From: Gemmatimonas sp.
GTDB taxonomy: Bacteria; Gemmatimonadota; Gemmatimonadetes; Gemmatimonadales; Gemmatimonadaceae
DNA: 64,000 bases
Reading direction: 5' to 3'
NCBI GenBank assembly: GCA_031414535.1
Contig: JANNVQ010000017.1
Location: 1-64,000, forward strand
Part shown: positions 22,693 to 30,358 of the stretch, piece by piece
Layout of the letters: every line of letters starts with the position of its first letter
Numbering within the stretch: position 1 is the stretch's first letter
Notes under the pieces: generated by a model
Seen by the model: only the letters and a program-made list of their open reading frames with translations
What the model was told of the DNA's origin: nothing
Database searches by the model: none
Position numbers and translations under genes: made by a program

Positions 22693-23685
22693 ATGACGCG
22701 TGTCTTCAGCGGGATCCAGCCCTCGGGCGAGCTGCACATTGGCAACTACCTCGGGGCCGTAAAAAATTGGGTCGTGCTGCAACACCAGCACGAGTCTTTC
22801 TTCTGCATCGTAAACTACCACGCCATCACGGTTGCGTATCAGCCGGAGGACTTACGGCGTCGCACGCGCGATATGGCGATCTCGCTTCTGGCCTCCGGTT
22901 TGGACCCGGCCAAGTGCGTGCTCTTCGTCCAAAGTGATGTGCCGGAGCATACGGAACTTGCTTGGGTCTTCAACACCGTGACGCCGCTCGGCGAACTCGA
23001 ACGCCAGGTGCAGTTCAAGGACAAGTCGAGCAAGCAGGAGCAGGTGATGGCCGGCCTGCTCAATTATCCCGTGTTGCAGGCTGCCGACATCCTCTTGTAC
23101 CGCGCCGACACGGTGCCGGTGGGCGAGGACCAAATTCAGCATCTGGAGTTATCCCGCGTGGTGGCGCGTAATTGGAACGCCCGCTACGCCACGGATGCGC
23201 CATACTTCCCTGAGCCGCAGCCCAAGCTCACGCCCACGCGCCGCATAATGGGCCTCGACGGGCAGAGCAAGATGTCGAAGTCGCTAGGAAACACGATTGG
23301 CTTGCTCGAAACACCCGATGAGATGTGGAACAAGCTCCGTCCCGCGATTACCGATCCGGCGCGTCAGCGTAAGACCGATCCGGGCAATCCGGACCACTGC
23401 AAGACGGTATTCGAACTGCACAAGGCTTTTTCCCCGGCGGCGATCGTTGCCGAAGTGGACGCGAACTGCCGCGGTGCCAAGTGGGGCTGCATTGATTGCA
23501 AGAAGGTGCTCCACCAGCACATGGTGGAAGAACTCACGCCGATTCGCACGCGCGCGCAGGAACTGCAGGCGAATCCCACTCAGGTGGACGCCCTACTCGC
23601 CGATGGTGGCGCCAAGGCGCGCACCGTCGCAAAGGAAACCATGCGTGTAGTAAAGGATCGAATGGGGCTCGATGCCCGCGGCTGA
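22693..23685 (+). CDS. trpS: Tryptophan--tRNA ligase
   Basis: SGIQPSG.LHIGNY, YPVLQAADIL, VPVGEDQ, KMSKS. Confidence 0.98.
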   Translation: MTRVFSGIQPSGELHIGNYLGAVKNWVVLQHQHESFFCIVNYHAITVAYQPEDLRRRTRDMAISLLASGLDPAKCVLFVQSDVPEHTELAWVFNTVTPLGELERQVQFKDKSSKQEQVMAGLLNYPVLQAADILLYRADTVPVGEDQIQHLELSRVVARNWNARYATDAPYFPEPQPKLTPTRRIMGLDGQSKMSKSLGNTIGLLETPDEMWNKLRPAITDPARQRKTDPGNPDHCKTVFELHKAFSPAAIVAEVDANCRGAKWGCIDCKKVLHQHMVEELTPIRTRAQELQANPTQVDALLADGGAKARTVAKETMRVVKDRMGLDARG

Positions 23686-24220
23686 GTTTCGCGAGTGGGT
23701 TGAAGTACTTCGTCTCGACCTGGGGGCGAAGTTACTGACGGCCGTTCTCGCCGGCGGCGCCGTGGGATTGGAGCGGGAACTGCTCCACAAGCCGGCGGGC
23801 CTGCGGACCAACATCCTGATTTGCCTCGGCTCGGCGCTCCTGATGGACCTCTCCATCCGCATCGCTACACCAGTCGGTGGCGATCCCGGGCGCATCGCGG
23901 CGCAGGTGGTCACGGGCATCGGCTTTCTTGGCGCGGGCACCATTCTGCACACGCGCGGCACCATCACTGGACTCACGAGCGCCGCGACCATTTGGGTCGT
24001 CGCCGCGATTGGTCTGACTGTAGGTGCAGGCTTCTTTTTTGAGGCGTTGGCCGCCACAGTCACGGTCATGACTGTGCTGAGGGGACTCGGGTGGCTGGAA
24101 CGTCGGTACATCGGGCGCCCGCCCACGGACGGCCAAGACGGGGTGCCACCGGCGGATTGGGACACCCGCGAACGAGGGCGCCGGGCTGCTGACAGGCCGC
24201 ATCGCAGCGACGACACGTGA
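23672..24220 (+). CDS. MgtC/SapB family membrane protein
   Basis: GLERE...KPAGLRT, DPGRIAAQVVTGIGFLGAG, GLTSAATIW. Confidence 0.93.
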   Translation: MPAAEFREWVEVLRLDLGAKLLTAVLAGGAVGLERELLHKPAGLRTNILICLGSALLMDLSIRIATPVGGDPGRIAAQVVTGIGFLGAGTILHTRGTITGLTSAATIWVVAAIGLTVGAGFFFEALAATVTVMTVLRGLGWLERRYIGRPPTDGQDGVPPADWDTRERGRRAADRPHRSDDT

Positions 24221-25257
24221 GCCGTGACCGATTGATGGTCGTAGACCTGCGCTCCACGGCGCAGGCCTTCAACCTGCCGGACCGCGTGGCGAAGGCACTG
24301 ACTGACGCGACCCCCGTGGGTTGGCGCACGCACATCGTGTCTACCGTCACGGACTCGTTTGGCGATGGTGCTCAGGCGCCGAGCGCCGAAGCTTTGCAAG
24401 CAATTGTTGAGGCCGAGGTGTACGTGGGGTTCGGAATGCCGCGCGCGTTGTTGGTCGCCGGCTCGCATCTCAAGTGGGTGCAGACCGGCACAGCCGGCGT
24501 GGCGACGCTCCTGTTTGACGAGATGCGCACGGGCGATGTGCAACTGACTAACGCGGCGGGGCTTTATGGTCCGACCATCGCGGAGCACGTGCTGGCCGGC
24601 GTGTTGCACTTCTTGCGTGCGTTCGATCTGGCCGATGAGATGCGCCGCGAGAAGCTGTGGGATCAGAGCGCCTTCGCCACGCACCGCGCTCTGGTGCGCG
24701 AGGTGGATGAGCTGCAGGTGCTGGTGATTGGCGCCGGTGGCATCGGCTCGGAGATTGCCAAGCGCTTCTCGGCGCTCGGCGCGACGGTCGCCGGTGTGCG
24801 CCGTCGCCCGGAACTGGGCATCCCCGCAGGCTTCAGTGAGATTCACGGCCCGAGCGAGCTCGACGTTCTTCTCCCGTTGGCTGATGTGGTGGTGCTGGCC
24901 ACTCCGCTGACGGACGAGACGCGCTCGGTGCTCGACGCGCAGCGCATGAAGGGACTCAAGCCAGGCGTGATTGTGGCCAATGTGGCTCGCGGGGCGCTGC
25001 TGGACGAGCCCGCGCTCGTCGAGGGACTCATTGGCGGGCGTATCCGCGGAGCCGTCTTGGACGTCTTTGCTAAGGAGCCGCTAGCGGGGGATAGCCCCCT
25101 GTGGCACCTTCCACGCGTGGTGTGGACGCCGCACGTGAGCGGGGTGTCGCCGCGGCGCTTTTGGGATCGTCTGCAGGATCTGATACTCGACAACTGGGCG
25201 CGCTACCGGGCGGGAGACGCTCTCCGAAACCTCGTAGATAAGCGCGCGGGATACTGA
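24217..25257 (+). CDS. D-2-hydroxyacid dehydrogenase family protein
   Basis: GAGGIG, PLT.ET, NVARG, LDVF..EPL, TPHVSG. Confidence 0.93.
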   Translation: MSRDRLMVVDLRSTAQAFNLPDRVAKALTDATPVGWRTHIVSTVTDSFGDGAQAPSAEALQAIVEAEVYVGFGMPRALLVAGSHLKWVQTGTAGVATLLFDEMRTGDVQLTNAAGLYGPTIAEHVLAGVLHFLRAFDLADEMRREKLWDQSAFATHRALVREVDELQVLVIGAGGIGSEIAKRFSALGATVAGVRRRPELGIPAGFSEIHGPSELDVLLPLADVVVLATPLTDETRSVLDAQRMKGLKPGVIVANVARGALLDEPALVEGLIGGRIRGAVLDVFAKEPLAGDSPLWHLPRVVWTPHVSGVSPRRFWDRLQDLILDNWARYRAGDALRNLVDKRAGY

Positions 25258-26331
25258 ATGGACCCGATGGAAAAAATCATCAAGGCAGCAGTTGAGCGTG
25301 GCGCCAGCGACCTGCACATCAAGGCAGGCGATGTGTTTCGGGCGCGCATTGACGGCAAGCTGGTGGCGCTCACCAAGCAAGCGCTCACACCGGATCAGAC
25401 CAAGAGCATCGCGTTGCGCTTGATCGCCAACGAGGACGATCGCGCGCGCATCGATAAGATCAACGACTACGATTGCTCGTGGGGCGCACCGGGCATCGGC
25501 CGCTTTCGCGTGAACATCCTGCGGCAGCGATCGAGCTTCATGATTGTCATGCGCGTCATTCCCTTCGAGGTGCCGAACTTCGAGCGGCTCGCCGTGCCAG
25601 GCGTCCTCAAGCAGATTGCCGAAGCCGAGCGCGGCATGATTCTCGTCACCGGCGTGACGGGCTCTGGCAAGAGCACCACGATGGCGGCGCTGGTCAATCA
25701 CATCAACCAGCATCACAACAAGCACATCGTGACGCTGGAGAACCCAATTGAGTTTCTGCATCGCGACCTGCAGAGCTCGGTGACCCAGCGTGAAATTGGT
25801 GTGGACACCGAAAGTTTCCGCATGGGCCTGCGGGCGGCACTGCGTCAAGATCCCGACGTTGTGCTGATCGGCGAGATGCGAGACGCCGAGACCATTGATA
25901 CCGCGATGAAGGCCGCGGAGACGGGGCACCTGCTCATTTCCACGGTGCATACGCCAGACGCGCAGAGCACCGTGTTGCGCATCCTCGCGATGTTCCCACC
26001 GGAGGAGCAGGACGTCGTACGCGTGCGTCTCGCCGAGTCTCTGCACGCCGTGATCTCGCAGCGCTTGCTGCCGCGCAAAGATGGCAATGGTCGCATCGCG
26101 GCGCTGGAAATCATGATCGTCACGCCCACCATCCGCGACCTGATGCTCGACCGCGATAAGGTGGGTGAGATTCGCGATTACATCGCGGCGGGCCGTGAAC
26201 AGTATGGCATGCAGACGTTTGACCAACACCTTGAGCAGTTGGTGCAGGATGGCTCGATTGATCTGAAGGTGGCGCTTGCAGCCTCTACTCGGCCGTCGGA
26301 TTTGGCACTCAAGTTCTCGATGAACAGCTGA
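25258..26331 (+). CDS. PilT/PilU-family type IV pilus ATPase
   Basis: ASDLHI, RFRVN, GVTGSGKSTT, LRQDPDVVLIGEMRD, AAETGHL, GMQTFD. Confidence 0.93.
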   Translation: MDPMEKIIKAAVERGASDLHIKAGDVFRARIDGKLVALTKQALTPDQTKSIALRLIANEDDRARIDKINDYDCSWGAPGIGRFRVNILRQRSSFMIVMRVIPFEVPNFERLAVPGVLKQIAEAERGMILVTGVTGSGKSTTMAALVNHINQHHNKHIVTLENPIEFLHRDLQSSVTQREIGVDTESFRMGLRAALRQDPDVVLIGEMRDAETIDTAMKAAETGHLLISTVHTPDAQSTVLRILAMFPPEEQDVVRVRLAESLHAVISQRLLPRKDGNGRIAALEIMIVTPTIRDLMLDRDKVGEIRDYIAAGREQYGMQTFDQHLEQLVQDGSIDLKVALAASTRPSDLALKFSMNS

Positions 26332-27209
26332 TGATTAAGCTTGAAGGCATCTTCGCGCCCGTCGTCACGACCTTCCACGCCGGTAGCGAGGATCTCGATC
26401 TCGCCGGCTTCTCCAAGAACGTGCAGTCGCACATCGCGGAGGGATTGGATGGTGTGGTGGTGGCTGGCAGCACCGGCGAGGCCGCGCTGCTCAGCGAGGA
26501 CGAACGCAACGCATTGGTGGCCGCCGCGCGCGCCCAGACGCCCAAGGGACGCCTCGTGATTGCCGGATGCGGCGGTGAGAGCACACGGCAAACCATCGCG
26601 CGCTCAAAGTCCGCGAAGGCGAACGGCGCCGATGCCGCACTCGTGGTCGCGCCGCACTACTACGCCAACGCGATGACCGAGGAGATTCTCCGCGCGCACT
26701 ACAGGCGCGTGGCCGATGAATCACCAGTGCCGGTCATCCTCTACAACATTCCCAAGTACATGCACTTCGCGCTCTCGGCTGAGTTGGTGGCGGAGTTGGC
26801 GCAGCACCAAAACGTGATTGGAATCAAGGACAGCTCGGGCCAACTCGATATGCTGAAGGGCTTCCTGCGCGCCCAGAGCAGTGCGTTCAGCGTACTGACG
26901 GGCAGCGGCAGCGGCTTGCAGGCGGGCATCGAGGCCGGCGCTCGCGGTGGCATTCTCGCGGTGTCGCTCTTCGCGCCGGGCTTCGCGCTCGAGGTACGCT
27001 CGGCACTCGCCGCGGGTGATGCAGCGACCGCGGCCAAGGCCCAGGCTCGTCTGAAGCCGATGGCGGATGTGATTGTGGCCAAGCTCGGCGTGCCTGGCGT
27101 GAAGGCTGCCCTGGATGCCGTAGGCAAAGTGGGCGGCCCGCCGCGCATGCCGCTGTTGCCGCTCGGCGCCGAGGGACGCGTCGAGGTTGCCGCAGCGTTG
27201 GCTGGCTAA
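26331..27209 (+). CDS. Dihydrodipicolinate synthase (DapA) family aldolase
   Basis: GSTGE, LYNIP, GIKDSSG. Confidence 0.9.
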   Translation: MIKLEGIFAPVVTTFHAGSEDLDLAGFSKNVQSHIAEGLDGVVVAGSTGEAALLSEDERNALVAAARAQTPKGRLVIAGCGGESTRQTIARSKSAKANGADAALVVAPHYYANAMTEEILRAHYRRVADESPVPVILYNIPKYMHFALSAELVAELAQHQNVIGIKDSSGQLDMLKGFLRAQSSAFSVLTGSGSGLQAGIEAGARGGILAVSLFAPGFALEVRSALAAGDAATAAKAQARLKPMADVIVAKLGVPGVKAALDAVGKVGGPPRMPLLPLGAEGRVEVAAALAG

Positions 27210-27214
27210 CAGCG

Positions 27215-27306
27215 AACGGCCTTTCACCACAGAGGCACAGAGAGAGGGAGAACCGCATCGCAGTCTCCGAGCCTCCGTGCCGCCGTGGTGATCAGCAGTT
27301 GCCGTT
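27215..27306. repeat. Complete 8-mer palindromic element (CACAGAGG variant)
   Basis: aacggcctttcaccacagaggcacagag ... ctccgtgccgccgtggtg atcagcag ttgccgtt. Confidence 0.85.
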
Positions 27307-27327
27307 CATTTGGTCACGGCCTAGATT
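27299..27327 (+). promoter_or_regulatory. Putative sigma70 promoter for purA
   Basis: TTGCCG-N17-TAGATT. Confidence 0.5.
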
Positions 27328-27333
27328 CTTTCT

Positions 27334-27363
27334 ACGCCCCGCGCATCCGCGGGGCGTTTTTTT
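27334..27363 (+). terminator. Intrinsic terminator/attenuator upstream of purA
   Basis: Perfect 10-bp stem acgccccgcg/cgcggggcgt, loop catc, then T6. Confidence 0.8.
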
Positions 27364-27408
27364 GTGCCCTGCCGGGCCACTCGGCTACGTCCCAAGCCTG
27401 ACCGCAAA

Positions 27409-28689
27409 ATGTTCGACTCCAAGACCCGCACCATCGTCATCGTCGGCGCCCAATGGGGCGACGAAGGGAAGGGAAAACTCGTTGACGTCCTCGCCGAGCG
27501 CGCCGACTGGGTGGTGCGGTATCAGGGGGGCGCGAACGCGGGCCATACGGTGCATGTGGGAGATGAGTCCACGGTGTTGCATCAGGTGCCGAGCGGCATC
27601 CTGCACCCAGGAGTGCGCTGCGCGATTGGCAACGGCGTCGTGCTCGATCCCGAGGGAATGTTTGAAGAAGTGGACGCGCTGGTGGCGAACGGCGTGGACG
27701 TCGCGGGCCGCCTGTACCTGAGCGACCGCGCACATCTCGTGATGCCGTATCACAAGCTCGTGGATAAGGAGAGCGCCGCGAGCAAGGTGATTGGCACCAC
27801 GGGTCGCGGCATTGGTCCGGCCTACGAGGATAAGGTCGCGCGCCGTGGCATCCGCGTGCTCGACTTGCGTCACCCGGCGCGTTTGAAGGCGCTTGTGGAG
27901 CGCGGCACGGACCACGCGAATCACATTCTCGCGGGCTTCGGCTCTGCGAAGCGCGCCGATGCGGCGTTCACGCTCTCGGAATTGGAGCGCATCGCGCCGC
28001 GTCTCTTGGCGATTGCTGAGGACGTGGGCCTGGCGGTACATCGCGCGCAGAAGCAGGGCGCAGCGGTACTCCTCGAGGGCGCGCAGGGCTCGCTGCTCGA
28101 CGTGGATCACGGTACCTACCCCTTCGTGACCTCGTCCAGCACCACGGCCGGTGGCGCGGCGATTGGCATTGGCATCGCGCCGCGGTCGTTGGATGCGGTG
28201 CTCGGTGTGGTGAAGGCGTACACAACGCGAGTCGGTGGCGGCCCGATGCCCACCGAATTGCTCGACGCCACCGGCGAGGAATTGCGAAAGGTCGGCAATG
28301 AGTTTGGCGCCACCACTGGGCGCCCGCGCCGTTGCGGTTGGTTTGACGCCGTTGTTGTGCGCTATGCCGTGCGTGTGAACGGGCTCACCGGCCTCGCCGT
28401 AACCAAGCTCGACGTGCTCGACCAGTTCGAGAAGATCGCGCTGTGCACGGGCTACAAGATTGGGAATGAGGTGATGACGGAGTTCCCCGGCGACTTGGCG
28501 GACCTCGAAGGCATTGAGCCCGTGTACGAGTGGTACGATGGGTGGAAGTCTTCGACCCAGGGTGCACGCAAGCTCAGCGACCTGCCGAAGCAGGCCCGGA
28601 CGTATCTCGACCGGCTCGTGGAAGTCGCGGAATGCCCGGCCCAGTATGTCAGCGTGGGCACACGCCGGGACCAAATTATCGGGCTGTAG
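27409..28689 (+). CDS. purA: Adenylosuccinate synthase
   Basis: QWGDEGKGK, GGANAGHT, EGAQG..LD.DHGTYPFVTSS, TTGRPRRCGW; ATG 27409. Confidence 0.99.
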   Translation: MFDSKTRTIVIVGAQWGDEGKGKLVDVLAERADWVVRYQGGANAGHTVHVGDESTVLHQVPSGILHPGVRCAIGNGVVLDPEGMFEEVDALVANGVDVAGRLYLSDRAHLVMPYHKLVDKESAASKVIGTTGRGIGPAYEDKVARRGIRVLDLRHPARLKALVERGTDHANHILAGFGSAKRADAAFTLSELERIAPRLLAIAEDVGLAVHRAQKQGAAVLLEGAQGSLLDVDHGTYPFVTSSSTTAGGAAIGIGIAPRSLDAVLGVVKAYTTRVGGGPMPTELLDATGEELRKVGNEFGATTGRPRRCGWFDAVVVRYAVRVNGLTGLAVTKLDVLDQFEKIALCTGYKIGNEVMTEFPGDLADLEGIEPVYEWYDGWKSSTQGARKLSDLPKQARTYLDRLVEVAECPAQYVSVGTRRDQIIGL

Positions 28690-28778
28690 TTGGCGCTGGC
28701 CTGCGCGGCACAAACATGGGAGTTTCTCCTCTCCGCATGCCATTTCTCGTAGGAATCGACCCACTCGCGTTCAACTCA

Positions 28779-28794
28779 TGTGAGCCCGGTCACG
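28779..28794. promoter_or_regulatory. CRP/FNR-family-like binding site
   Basis: TGTGA-gcccgg-TCACG, 9/10 match to TGTGA-N6-TCACA. Confidence 0.4.
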
Positions 28795-28940
28795 CAATTC
28801 TCGTTCAGGTGTAAGGGTTTACACCTTGCGAACCTTCTCTCGATACCCAAAATTGTGGGCGGTAGGGAACTAGCTGAGATGGCTCCTTGTCATCCTTTCG
28901 GACTAGTCCTGACTCACAAGTCCTGGGAGGGACTGTAAAA

Positions 28941-29522
28941 ATGAAGCATGTCGTTCTTGTTGCCTCACTTGCGACCCTCGCTGCGGCTTGTGCCTCGGCC
29001 CCGGCCACGACCACGGTCACCAACCAGGGTGCAGTTGTCTCCGACATCCCCACTTGGTTCACCACGGTTCCGACGGATTTGAACATGCTGTACCAGCCGT
29101 CCACCTCGGAGTCGCGCGACCTTCAGCTGGCCATCAACAAGGCCACGGCGGACGGCCGCAATGGCATCGCGCAGCAGATGGAGACGCGCTTCCAGGGTCT
29201 CACCGAGCGCTTCCAGGAAGAGACGGGCCTTGGCGCTGACGCTGAGCTCCTCGACCAGTTCCGTCAGGCGTACCGTGGCGTTGTGAGCCAGACCCTCAAT
29301 GGCTCGCGCGTCGGCCGTCAGGAAATCCGCAACAACGGTGTTACCTACCGCGCCTATGTTTTGGTTGAGATGCCAATTGGTGCCGCGAACCAGGCGCTCA
29401 TGCAGCGCATCCGTGCGAACGAGCGGATGTTCACCCGCTTCCGCGCGGCGCAGGCATTCGAAGATCTTGACCGCCAGGTTAAGGCCTACGAAGAGTCGCA
29501 GCGCCCGCCTGCCAATCCGTAA
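28941..29522 (+). CDS. LPP20-like lipoprotein
   Basis: GGAGG RBS, lipobox LAAAC, P.WF...P, S.DLQLAINKA...R..IAQ, YRAYVLVE pattern. Confidence 0.75.
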   Translation: MKHVVLVASLATLAAACASAPATTTVTNQGAVVSDIPTWFTTVPTDLNMLYQPSTSESRDLQLAINKATADGRNGIAQQMETRFQGLTERFQEETGLGADAELLDQFRQAYRGVVSQTLNGSRVGRQEIRNNGVTYRAYVLVEMPIGAANQALMQRIRANERMFTRFRAAQAFEDLDRQVKAYEESQRPPANP

Positions 29523-29531
29523 GCGCGGCCG

Positions 29532-30326
29532 GTGTTTCGCGGGTCCCTGGGGTGGCAGCCCCTGCTTGCGGGTGTGCTGGTTCTGACGGGATCCGCGTGT
29601 GCACCGAGCGCTTCTGCGCCGGTGCGCTCGCCGGTTTCGACGGCAGTGCGGACGAGTTCAGAAAGGTTTGAATACCCGGCATGGTTCGTGCAAGGACGTT
29701 CGGACGGGGTCGTGGTCGGATACGCGCCTGATTTTGCCACCACTGCGACCGCCGAGAGCTTGGCGGTATTAGATGCTGCCGCGAGGGCACGCTTGTCGGT
29801 TCGGATGCGAATTCGTGTGGACGCAGGGTTCGAGGCTCGTCCTGGCGAGCGGTTGGACAGCCAAGGCGAGATCAGCGAGGAGGAGCCGCTCACTGACAGC
29901 TTCCCTGTGTTTGTACGGGGAGCGGCGTCGGCGCGTGGCATGTACTTAGTGGCCGCTGGAGCGGATTCCACTGCACCGCGGATACCGTCAGCGATGGTCA
30001 CCTTGGGTGCTGAGATTCCGCCCTGGATTGAGCACCCGCCGGCGACTGATGGGGAGTGGTGGTACGGCGTTGGAGTGTCCACGGCGTATGCCCGGGAATA
30101 CTTCTCATGGGACGAGGCTGAGCGTCACGGCAGGCAGACCTTGGCTCTGAATGCGGGTGCGAGACTACGCTCGGTGATGCGTGGGACGGACGAGGATGAC
30201 TCGGCGGTGATGCAGGTCAGCACCGCGGTTGAGATGGAATCGGTGTCGGTGGTGTTGCGCTGGCGCGACACCGGGAATTGTTATGTGTTGGTTCGAGGCC
30301 GCATTCTGGCGGTCCGAGGCCGGTAA
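29532..30326 (+). CDS. Lipoprotein with LPP20-like domain(s)
   Basis: Lipobox-like GSAC; PPWIEHPP....WYGVGVS and AE..GR..LA pattern; start uncertain. Confidence 0.6.
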   Translation: MFRGSLGWQPLLAGVLVLTGSACAPSASAPVRSPVSTAVRTSSERFEYPAWFVQGRSDGVVVGYAPDFATTATAESLAVLDAAARARLSVRMRIRVDAGFEARPGERLDSQGEISEEEPLTDSFPVFVRGAASARGMYLVAAGADSTAPRIPSAMVTLGAEIPPWIEHPPATDGEWWYGVGVSTAYAREYFSWDEAERHGRQTLALNAGARLRSVMRGTDEDDSAVMQVSTAVEMESVSVVLRWRDTGNCYVLVRGRILAVRGR

Positions 30327-30358
30327 GCTTCTTCTGCTGTTGCATGAGGTTGATCGAA

